Position numbers and translations under genes: made by a program. The notes below the pieces were generated by a model, which made no database searches, was not told where the DNA came from, and was given only the letters and a program-made list of their open reading frames with translations. From Pseudomonadota bacterium (GTDB lineage Bacteria > Desulfobacterota > Syntrophorhabdia > Syntrophorhabdales > Syntrophorhabdaceae), in assembly GCA_026388275.1 (NCBI GenBank), contig JAPLKB010000059.1, positions 28,155-92,154 on the forward strand: a stretch of 64,000 bases of DNA, written 5' to 3'. Shown here in pieces: positions 37,267 through 44,667 of the stretch (positions are counted from its first letter, which is position 1; the number at the start of each line of letters is the position of its first letter).

Positions 37267-37295
37267 TTGAGCTTTTCATTATGGTAAAATAATAT
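37267..37295 (+). promoter_or_regulatory. Sigma-70-type promoter inside the repeat tail, facing the zeta-like cassette
   Basis: TTGAGC (37267-37272), a 17-nt spacer, TAATAT (37290-37295). The homologous tail at 39798-39827 reads TTAAAC-18-CAATAT in front of the orphan antitoxin. Confidence 0.5.
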
Positions 37296-37345
37296 GGATG
37301 TGAGGGGCCAGTTTATTAACACGAGATGTCCTTCACCATTTCAAT

Positions 37346-37483
37346 ATGTTTAGTAATACAGAAGGGTTAGCCCTTTACAAAGAATATTTTAACAGCCAAC
37401 TTGCTAAAATGGCTGAATACTTACGAGAAAAAATAATGTGGCACGGGTTATCTAAAATAAGAAGTAGGGAAACTGAAAGGTGA
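37346..37483 (+). CDS. Candidate 45-aa ORF whose stop overlaps the GTG start of the zeta-like gene
   Basis: MFSNTEGLALYKEYFNSQLAKMAEYLREKIMWHGLSKIRSRETER. Its TGA (37481-37483) overlaps the GTG at 37480 (GTGA). It has no clear Shine-Dalgarno sequence and is below the ORF-track cutoff. Confidence 0.3.
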   Translation: MFSNTEGLALYKEYFNSQLAKMAEYLREKIMWHGLSKIRSRETER

Positions 37484-38073
37484 CATTATCAATGGACAAG
37501 CCAAAACTCTATATTATTGCCGGACCGAACGGTTCCGGAAAAACAACCTTCGTTCAACGCTTCCTCCCCTATTATGCGGACTGTACCAATTTTGTAAACG
37601 CAGACTTAATAGCATCAGGTCTGTCTCCGTTTTTACCTGAAATTGCCGCCATTAAGGCAGGCAAGCTTATGATAGATGAGATAGATATATTCAGAAGGCG
37701 CCGGGCAGATTTTGCCTTTGAGACAACATTGTCGGGCAAAACATATGTGAAATTACTGAAGGAAATGAAGATGGACGGATATGAGGTTCATATTTTCTTT
37801 TTGTGGCTGCGCAATATTGACCTTGCATTAAAAAGAGTAGCTGAACGGGTAGCCATGGGAGGACACAATGTTCCTGTTGGGACTGTGCGCCGTAGGTTTG
37901 ACAGAGGCCTCCATAACCTGTTTAATTTATATTGTCATTTTGCTGACTCATGGGTTATTTTTGATAATTCAGAATTATTGCCCTGTGTGGTTGCAAAAGA
38001 AACGGCTGGAGTACTGACAGTGATTGATGGTAAACTATTTGAAGAAATAAGGGCAAAGGTGGAGACGCCATGA
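37480..38073 (+). CDS. Zeta-toxin-like P-loop kinase / AAA-family ATPase
   Basis: 197 aa. Walker A is YIIAGPNGSGKTTF. The following FVNADLIA ... FAFETTLSG ... FFLWL...AL.RVAERVAMGGHNVP pattern is typical of zeta/COG4185-type proteins. An alternative ATG start is at 37492. Confidence 0.75.
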   Translation: MTLSMDKPKLYIIAGPNGSGKTTFVQRFLPYYADCTNFVNADLIASGLSPFLPEIAAIKAGKLMIDEIDIFRRRRADFAFETTLSGKTYVKLLKEMKMDGYEVHIFFLWLRNIDLALKRVAERVAMGGHNVPVGTVRRRFDRGLHNLFNLYCHFADSWVIFDNSELLPCVVAKETAGVLTVIDGKLFEEIRAKVETP

Positions 38074-38267
38074 AGGGACAAGCAGTAAATAAAAAATTGT
38101 TGAAAGACATGCCTCTTGATATTAGAGCGGAAATGGCCCTGAAAGAGGCTGTGGCTGATGCCATTGCCGAGCACAAGAAACAGGGGCACCCCATTGCCGT
38201 GTGGCGCGACGGCAAAACGATTTTGATTCCTCCCGAAGAGATTGATTTATCGAAGACGAATGGCTAA
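38070..38267 (+). CDS. Small partner protein of the zeta-like gene (putative antitoxin-type)
   Basis: 65 aa, with an ATGA overlap onto the upstream gene. LKEAVADAIAEHKKQGHPIAVWRDGKTILIPPEEI resembles small proteins I recall beside zeta-like kinases. No search was done. Confidence 0.5.
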   Translation: MKGQAVNKKLLKDMPLDIRAEMALKEAVADAIAEHKKQGHPIAVWRDGKTILIPPEEIDLSKTNG

Positions 38268-38485
38268 AACAAAGATTATCAGAAAAGACAAAGAACCCGT
38301 GTGGTTGTCCTGGATAAAGATAGACTCAATGATGTTTGTCAATCCGTCAAGTTGAGTTCACATACCTGGAGTGCCATAAGATCATCTTGCGATATAATCC
38401 AATTTCCACCACAATTGTTGGGTATAGAAAGATAGTGTGGTGGAAAACATAAAAAAAGAATAGATAAATGATACAGACAATCAAT

Positions 38486-38700
38486 TCTTCTTTCTCTCGC
38501 CCACTCCCTGCGGTTGTTCGAGCACGCAGAGATCGCAGAGTTGAAATAATATTTTTGTCTTTCTCTGTGCACTCAGCGGACTCTGCGGGAGATATGCTTT
38601 TGATCTTTAATTCCCGCCTCCCAAAGACCCATTCAAGCAATTTGCCGACACTGTGTCGGCAAATCCATAAATCGCCGTAAAACCAAGACAGATAATGTTC
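38486..38700 (+). repeat. Long repeat L2, ending in hairpin unit C2 (38640-38664)
   Basis: ttctttctctcgcccactccctgcggttgttcgagcacgcagagatcgcagagttgaaataa ... ttcccgcctcccaaagacccattcaagca-ATTTGCCGACActgTGTCGGCAAAT-ccataaatcgccgtaaaaccaagacag. It is the same order and orientation as L1. Confidence 0.85.
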
Positions 38701-38820
38701 TGCGAATAAGAAGGAACAAAAAGGAAATTATAAAAACGAGGCACCAAAGCGAAGCATAAGTCAATTGTATATTCCGAACAAAAAAACGAGAAAGGAGTGT
38801 AAAAGTTTTCGGAATCTGTC

Positions 38821-38921
38821 ACATCCCGCCATCCCAAAAACCCCATCGGGAGATTCGTTGACACTGTGTCAACCAAGCAGCTAATCCGCTGTAAAACCAA
38901 TACAGAAGCCATTCAGCACAT
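38821..38921 (+). repeat. Hairpin repeat unit A2 (stem 38854-38876 with one mismatch)
   Basis: acatcccgccatcccaaaaaccccatcgggagaTTCGTTGACActgTGTCAACCAAgcagctaatccgctgtaaaaccaatacagaagccattcagcaca. The tail agaagccatt.agcaca also follows unit B at 36897-36915. Confidence 0.8.
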
Positions 38922-38953
38922 ATCATTCTAAATTATAGGACAGATTATCTTTT

Positions 38954-39235
38954 TCATTTTTTTCCGTATAACTCGTCGTGGCTTCCCACATCGAGGAATA
39001 TAATTTCCTTTTCTGTTATCATAAGCGTCAGGGTAATACGATATTTGTATGTAAGGCTGGCAGCCCAGAGACCTTCGAGCTTCCCGGTAAGAGGATGCAA
39101 TTGAAGAGCCGGTTGAAAGGGGTCTTCTGACAGGTCTGTGACAAGTTTTGTAAAGCGCCCTTTGAGATCCGGGTGCTTTTTAAAGAACTTCCCTGCCTGT
39201 CGAAGAAACTGATCTGTTGCCTGAATAACATACAT
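38954..39235 (-). CDS. RelE/ParE-superfamily toxin
   Basis: 93 aa. FKKHPDLKGRFTKLVTDLSEDPF...LHPLTGKLEGLWAASLTYKYRITL....IIFLDVGSHDELY fits the RelE/YafQ-type pattern. Confidence 0.8.
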   Translation of the reverse strand: MYVIQATDQFLRQAGKFFKKHPDLKGRFTKLVTDLSEDPFQPALQLHPLTGKLEGLWAASLTYKYRITLTLMITEKEIIFLDVGSHDELYGKK

Positions 39236-39237
39236 GG

Positions 39238-39504
39238 TCAGTCTTCCTTTTCAATTGCTTTGAGCAGATCTTCAGCGTCTTTGAATGTTTGTATGCGTTT
39301 GGCCTTCACGTCCTGTAGTGAAGCGCGGACCCGTGCGACATATGCGGAACTCTGCTCTTCAACGAGTTCGCTATAGAGCTTTTCCGAAAGAATTACATAT
39401 TGAGGCTTATTGTTCTTAATAACATATACCGGGCCTTCTTCGATCTTTTCGTCCACCGCTTTCATGCCCCGTCTCTTTATCTCCTGTGCTGCAACAGTAT
39501 TCAT
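39238..39504 (-). CDS. Phd/YefM-family antitoxin
   Basis: MNTVAAQEIKRRGMKAVDEKIEEGPVYVIKNNKPQYVILSEKLYSELVE. The start sits behind CAGGAGG and the stop lies 2 nt before the toxin start. Confidence 0.8.
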   Translation of the reverse strand: MNTVAAQEIKRRGMKAVDEKIEEGPVYVIKNNKPQYVILSEKLYSELVEEQSSAYVARVRASLQDVKAKRIQTFKDAEDLLKAIEKED

Positions 39505-39622
39505 GACGATACCTCCTGAAGTACTTAATATGGTGCTTAAATTATAGTATATATCAGTCCTGTTTGCAACCAACTTTTCACGATGTGAGGATGTGAGGGG
39601 TCAGGCAATGACTCAGAACAAA

Positions 39623-39742
39623 GATGAAGGCGGACGAAAAATCAGACAATCCCGCCGCTCCAAAAGCCCCTTCGGGAGATTGGTTGACACTGTGTCAACC
39701 AATCAGCTAATCCGCTGTAGAACCAATACAGACAATGCTTTG
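39623..39742 (+). repeat. Hairpin repeat unit A3 (stem 39680-39702)
   Basis: It is near-identical to A1 along its full length. It is followed (39743-39825) by the same tail that follows L1 (ctgg.tatg.cagaaaa.acactggttt.atgcagctaatgaacaaaa). Confidence 0.85.
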
Positions 39743-39855
39743 CTGGCTATGACAGAAAATACACTGGTTTGATGCAGCTAATGAACAAAATTATGCATTA
39801 AACTTTCTTATTATGATAAAACAATATGCAGCCAGGCAGGAGCAATGGAGGTACA

Positions 39856-40065
39856 GTGATAACAAAACAAAAGCAAAAAGAGGTTATAAGCGTTAAACAG
39901 TTTGTGACGGACAAAAAAGGACAGAAGGTAGCGGCTATTGTGGATATAAAAGAGCTTGACAGAGTTAAGACCATGCTTGAAGACCTTTATGATTTAAAAA
40001 CTATTGAAGACAGGATTGCAGAACCCTCAGAAGACTACGAAAATTACAGCTCCTTGAGATTGTGA
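39856..40065 (+). CDS. Orphan antitoxin-like protein (no adjacent toxin)
   Basis: VITKQKQKEVISVKQFVTDKKGQKVAAIVDIKELDRVKTMLEDLYDLKTIEDRIAEPSEDYENY is the usual shape of RelE/ParE-partner antitoxins. A GTG start sits behind GGAGG. The next gene is dus, not a toxin. Confidence 0.55.
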   Translation: MITKQKQKEVISVKQFVTDKKGQKVAAIVDIKELDRVKTMLEDLYDLKTIEDRIAEPSEDYENYSSLRL

Positions 40066-40075
40066 GAAATGGCTT

Positions 40076-41086
40076 TTGACTATGACTATGCAGCAAATTG
40101 AAATTCAGAATCTTCGGATTAATCCGCCCTTGTTTCTGGCCCCGATGGCAGGCCTTACACACAGCGCATTCCGGCAGATTTTATCCGGCTTTGGCGGAGT
40201 CGGACTCTTATCAACGGAGATGCTCTCGGCAAAAAGACTGCCCACGGAAAACCCCGGGATTTCTCCCTGTCTTATCAGGACTGCTCTGGAAAAACCGCTT
40301 TCCTATCAACTCCTGATTTCCACGGACAGAGATATTCCACCGGCTATAGATGCGCTTCACAGGTTTCAGGCGGATGCTATTGATCTGAACATGGGATGTC
40401 CGGCCCGCTCTGTCGGAAATTATGGTGCGGGCTTTGCACTTATGGAACATCCGGATAATGCCCGTCGTATCCTGGCCGAAGCAAGGAAAAGGACGCTCCT
40501 GCCCCTTACCGCAAAAATCAGACTCGGTGATGAACTCGATGATAAGAAATTGAAGTCATTCTGTACTATTCTCGAAGATGGAGGCATAGATATGCTCTCG
40601 GTTCATGCCCGGTTTAAGAAGGAGTCTTTTGCCAGAAGACCGCGATGGGAGTTGATTGCCAGAATAAAGGAATGGCTCAGAATTCCTGTTGTTGCTAACG
40701 GCGGAATCTTCTCTGTCCAGGATGCTCGTGATTGCCTGCGAGTCTCCAACGCCGACGGTCTGATGATTGGCCGCGGAGCGGTGATCAAGCCGTGGCTTTT
40801 TGCTGAGATTGCCCGTGACCTTTACGGGTGCAGCATCGCGAAACCGGCAGTATCTCTTCCTGTGATTTACAGCAGCTATCTGGACCTTGTCAATGAGCTT
40901 TTCCGACCGGAAAGACGGCTGGGCAGGCTTAAGGAATTTACTTATTATTTTGCTAAAAATTATAAATTCGGGCATCAGTTAAGTTCCTGTATTCAGAACA
41001 GTAAAAGTATGGATGAAGCCTGTGAAAGGGCCGGCATTTTCTTTGAGCAGGACGCGGGACATCCTTCAGTACTTCAATATACTTAA
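40076..41086 (+). CDS. dus: tRNA-dihydrouridine synthase
   Basis: 336 aa with FLAPMAGLTHSAFRQ, AIDLNMGCPARSV and HARFK (TIM-barrel Dus motifs). The start is ambiguous among TTG 40076 and ATG 40082/40088. Confidence 0.8.
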   Translation: MTMTMQQIEIQNLRINPPLFLAPMAGLTHSAFRQILSGFGGVGLLSTEMLSAKRLPTENPGISPCLIRTALEKPLSYQLLISTDRDIPPAIDALHRFQADAIDLNMGCPARSVGNYGAGFALMEHPDNARRILAEARKRTLLPLTAKIRLGDELDDKKLKSFCTILEDGGIDMLSVHARFKKESFARRPRWELIARIKEWLRIPVVANGGIFSVQDARDCLRVSNADGLMIGRGAVIKPWLFAEIARDLYGCSIAKPAVSLPVIYSSYLDLVNELFRPERRLGRLKEFTYYFAKNYKFGHQLSSCIQNSKSMDEACERAGIFFEQDAGHPSVLQYT

Positions 41087-41309
41087 TAAACCGGAAGTGG
41101 TAGCCACTGATAAAGTACAGATTGATATCCAACCTTCTGAAATGGTTGAATATTTGATAGAGAAAATGGTATGACAGGATTATGATAACAGAACTTAAAG
41201 GGTTAAGGGGACGAGTTATGTCAGGCCGTGTTTTCCAGCATGAAGGAATGCTGGTTGTTTTAACAGCGGGATAAGCAGAATAGACCTACATTCAAAGATA
41301 AGGAGGGTA

Positions 41310-42185
41310 ATGATGGAAAAAATCAGAAAAATCCGGAAAGTGATGGAGAGTAAGCCTGCTGTTGAGGGGGCGGGAGTTCATCTGAGACGGGCCTTTGGCT
41401 CAAGCGAAGTTCCAGATTTTGATCCATTTCTTATGCTTGACGATTTTCGTTCGGATGACCCGCGTCATTACCTGAAAGGTTTCCCCTGGCATCCGCATCG
41501 CGGAATCGAAACAATTACATATGTTCTTTACGGTAGTGTCGAGCATGGTGACAGCATGGGAAATACAGGTGTAATTGCCGGCGGTGATGTTCAGTGGATG
41601 ACCGCAGGCAGCGGTATTATCCATCAGGAGATGCCTAAAGGAGATAAGTCGGGACGGATGGGCGGTTTCCAGCTATGGGCAAACCTTCCGGCATCCCACA
41701 AAATGATGGAGCCCCGTTACCGCGGGCTGACAAATGATGAGATACCTGAAATTTCCACTGAGAATGAAGTTAAAATACGGATTATTTGCGGTGAAGCCGG
41801 GGGCACAAAGGGGCCTGTTACCGATATAGTTACTGATCCTGAATATCTGGATGTGACTATCCCGAGCCATTCAACTTTTACGCGGCAAACCAGGGCGGGC
41901 CACACAGTCCTTGCCTATGTCATTGAAGGAGAAGGTTATTTCGACACGAAAAGAGAAATCGCAACAGGCAACAACAACCTCGTTGTCTTCGATGACGGCG
42001 ATCAGGTAGATATATCCACTAAGGCGCAAAAGGTACGATTTCTGCTTATCTCAGGGAAACCGATAGGCGAGCCGGTTGCCTGGTACGGACCGATAGTGAT
42101 GAACACCCAGGAGGAATTACAGACTGCCTTTGACGAGTATCGCGCCGGTACGTTCATCAAGCACGGTTTCCGCCACTCCAAATAA
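41310..42185 (+). CDS. Pirin family protein
   Basis: 291 aa. FPWHPHRGIETITYVLYGSVEHGDSMGN is the pirin cupin metal-site motif. Confidence 0.9.
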   Translation: MMEKIRKIRKVMESKPAVEGAGVHLRRAFGSSEVPDFDPFLMLDDFRSDDPRHYLKGFPWHPHRGIETITYVLYGSVEHGDSMGNTGVIAGGDVQWMTAGSGIIHQEMPKGDKSGRMGGFQLWANLPASHKMMEPRYRGLTNDEIPEISTENEVKIRIICGEAGGTKGPVTDIVTDPEYLDVTIPSHSTFTRQTRAGHTVLAYVIEGEGYFDTKREIATGNNNLVVFDDGDQVDISTKAQKVRFLLISGKPIGEPVAWYGPIVMNTQEELQTAFDEYRAGTFIKHGFRHSK

Positions 42186-42193
42186 CCCTTCAG

Positions 42194-42223
42194 GGAATTT
42201 TCCGAAACATTTTCGGAAAATCC
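42194..42223. terminator. Strong hairpin between the convergent pirin and EF-hand genes (possible bidirectional terminator; no clear T tract)
   Basis: ggaattttccgaaa-cat-tttcggaaaatcc forms an 11-bp perfect core stem plus extra pairs. Confidence 0.4.
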
Positions 42224-42478
42224 ATGAACAGCCGTAAAGCCAATATGGACAATGGTTTGTGAGCGGGACAGAAATATAAATAAAAATTATCCGATGACCC
42301 TCAAATTTAATTCATACTTATCTTTCTCACAGATTAACAATGAAAGATCACAAAGTTTATGCAGGGGCTGCGGATTCACCTCATCAGATACACTGCCGGA
42401 TTCTTTTTTTATAGGGAGAAAGATCTGCCCTTCTTTGGGCAGTCATTGAATTTCTTTCTCCCCATGTCTTCTTTATGG

Positions 42479-43141
42479 CTACACTATGCCCAATATACCG
42501 CCAGTTGCTCCTGCCGCTGAAGACTTTGCAGCATATTTCAAGATTTGCATAAAGGCTGACCCTGCCAATGAAATAATAGAGCTTGAATTGTCGGTGCTTC
42601 CGCTCGTACAATTCGTAGCGTCGGGAGGCAATGGAGGCAGACCATTCGGGCCGCCGGGGTCTTTCGCAATAAACTCCGATTGACTGATTGAACCATCTTT
42701 ATTTGTATCGAGTTTGGAGTAAAGTTCATCAGCCTGAGTCACTGTCATATTGGAAGGTCTGCTAATTTCAAACTCTGTCTTGCTCAGAGTGCCATCTCCG
42801 TTAATATCTATTTTTTTGAATATCTCTTCTCCTGACAGACGACCTGTAGAGCCGGTGCTATTCGCGCCTGCGGCGCCGGCAATCGACTCATTCAGTGCAT
42901 TCAAAAGGCTGACAAAAGACGATGTGCTGTCACTGTCAGAGCCCATAATAGGGTTTGCAGATGATGAACGACTTAGTGCCGAAGACAGCTCGCTCTTGCT
43001 TATAGAACCATCCCCATTGGTGTCAAACAAACTGAAAACGTTGTTTGTGGATGCACTTCTACTCGTGCCGGTGCTCTTTGATGCCTGCAGCAATTGCCAT
43101 AGATAATCGGAACTCGATGCTCCGCTTACGGCGTTAATCAA
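42479..43141 (-). CDS. EF-hand calcium-binding protein (three canonical loops)
   Basis: 220 aa. Loops are DTNGDGSISKSE, DINGDGTLSKTE and DTNKDGSISQSE (DxNxDGxIxxxE), separated by S/T/A/G-rich linkers. Confidence 0.8.
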   Translation of the reverse strand: MINAVSGASSSDYLWQLLQASKSTGTSRSASTNNVFSLFDTNGDGSISKSELSSALSRSSSANPIMGSDSDSTSSFVSLLNALNESIAGAAGANSTGSTGRLSGEEIFKKIDINGDGTLSKTEFEISRPSNMTVTQADELYSKLDTNKDGSISQSEFIAKDPGGPNGLPPLPPDATNCTSGSTDNSSSIISLAGSAFMQILKYAAKSSAAGATGGILGIV

Positions 43142-43610
43142 ATTAGCCTCCTTGTTTATGTGAGGTTGTTCCTCGCTCCCTCCTTATGAGCGATAGAATA
43201 ACTTATATTATATAAAGCAATGTATATGCCATGGACCAGCATAGTCAATATCTTTAATGATATCAGCAGTTAACGTATTTCAGAGCGGGTATGATGGGCA
43301 GCAGAAATGAGGAAAAAATTTCTCAAAGCGGAAAAATGTTCCGTCAGGCAGACCGAAAATAAGTCTACTCTTTAGCGTGTAACATGCCGGGAATTGTGTA
43401 GAGACTATTTTAAAAAGAAGCAACGATATGCGCCCCATAAAAATAACAAAAATTAGCAAATTAGGGTCAGGTTTTTGAAATATAAGTTTTATTTTGCTAT
43501 ATTCTCTATATGGTATGTCCTCTGCGTTTAGAAATCCTGGCGCTCTATACAGAAAAATACCGGGAATTTAGATGCCATATCCGAACAGACACAAGAAAGG
43601 AGGATTTACA

Positions 43611-44285
43611 ATGGGAAGACAATCATTGAGAATCATTTGCTGTGTGGCAGGAGTTCTTTTTTGTGTTTCGAGCCTTGTATTGGCGCAGGACATCAAACCG
43701 ATTTTTCTGCCCCAACCCAGAATAGAGGGGGGCAAGCCACTAATGCTGGCATTAAAGGACAGATGTTCAACAAAGGCATATAGTACACAACCAATTCCCA
43801 TGGAGATGCTTTCGGATCTCTTGTGGGCAGCCTATGGTATCAATCGTACGAATTTAGAAAAGCGCACAGCGCCTTCGGCAGGCAATAGCCATAACATTGA
43901 TGTTTATGTCTTGATGTCACAAGGCGCGTACCTTTACAATGCAAAGGCTCACAGTCTGGTTCCTGTCCTGGCAGAGGATCTGCGACACTTATCGCCAGGG
44001 CCGCAGCAATATGCTAAAGAGGCACCGCTCCATTTGCTCTACGTGGCAGACTATGCCAGGATGAAAGGGTTCCCCGATCGTCAAAAGCAGATCTTTTTTT
44101 CTGCCTGCAACACGGGGCCAATTTACCAGAATGTTTATTTATACTGCGCCTCTGCGGGATTGGGATCAGTTGTCCGGGCAAGCATGGATGCTCCTGCTTT
44201 ACATAAAAAGCTGAAATTAAGAGACGATCAGGAAATAATGCTCAACCAGCTTGTTGGTTATCCAAAGAATGCCGGGCTGAAGTAA
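43611..44285 (+). CDS. Nitroreductase-family protein with an N-terminal signal-like segment
   Basis: Start is MGRQSLRIICCVAGVLFCVSSLVLAQD, behind AAAGGAGG. RCSTKAYSTQPIPMEMLSDLLWAAYGINR and PSAGNSHNIDVYVL fit the nitroreductase fold pattern. Confidence 0.6.
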   Translation: MGRQSLRIICCVAGVLFCVSSLVLAQDIKPIFLPQPRIEGGKPLMLALKDRCSTKAYSTQPIPMEMLSDLLWAAYGINRTNLEKRTAPSAGNSHNIDVYVLMSQGAYLYNAKAHSLVPVLAEDLRHLSPGPQQYAKEAPLHLLYVADYARMKGFPDRQKQIFFSACNTGPIYQNVYLYCASAGLGSVVRASMDAPALHKKLKLRDDQEIMLNQLVGYPKNAGLK

Positions 44286-44304
44286 AATTTTGTGAGCAGG
44301 TAAA

Positions 44305-44430
44305 ATGGACAATACCATAACCGCAACAATCCTTGAAAGTATGAGTGACGGTGTGCTTGTTATAGGCTTCAATGGCCGCATTGTTTTTTGCTGCAATCGT
44401 TGCATTATTACCAGGGGAATTTTGGCGTAA
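44305..44430 (+). pseudogene. 41-codon fragment resembling the first strand/helix of a PAS sensor domain
   Basis: MDNTITATILESMSDGVLVIGFNGRIVFCCNRCIITRGILA, then TAA. ILESMSDGVLVI..NGRIV is the usual PAS N-cap/beta1-beta2, but the reading frame ends after 41 aa. Confidence 0.35.
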
Positions 44431-44625
44431 AAATGGAGAAAAGGCAGCTTTTTGTATATGTCAAATAGATGACATGTATGTATTTCTTTCCAACGTTAAA
44501 ACTGTTTCGAATGATCCAGGAATTGTCAAAACATGCTGCAACGCACATTAAAATCAATAGCTATATAGCTGTAACATTCCGTTATTGTTTATAACTCATA
44601 ACTGGTCATTTGCCGCTGTTCCCTT

Positions 44626-44641
44626 TGGCATGTATATTGCT
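44626..44641 (+). promoter_or_regulatory. Sigma-54-type promoter for the fliL operon (TGGCAT-N5-TTGCT)
   Basis: tTGGCATgtataTTGCtt has exact consensus spacing. The predicted start site is ~15 nt upstream of the AAGGAGGG-ATG of fliL at 44668. Confidence 0.65.
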
Positions 44642-44667
44642 TTTGCAGAATGTTAAAGGAGGGATCT

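Noticed and set aside
36544-37270. Four overlapping 100-130-aa ORFs on both strands in the vsr-to-zeta intergenic region, and similar ones at 38339-38912
   Set aside because: They run through the hairpin and mosaic repeats. Their apparent 'conserved peptides' (for example LLEWVFGRR..KIK) are simply the translated repeat DNA. They have no ribosome-binding sites and overlap each other.
36586-39742. Calling the hairpin units canonical integron attC sites
   Set aside because: I could not find R''/R' cores (RYYYAAC ... GTTRRRY) separated by the usual 50-140 nt. The perfect 10-12-bp palindromes with 1-3-nt loops are unlike attC bottom-strand structures. No intI gene is in the window. It is kept only as an analogy in the finding.
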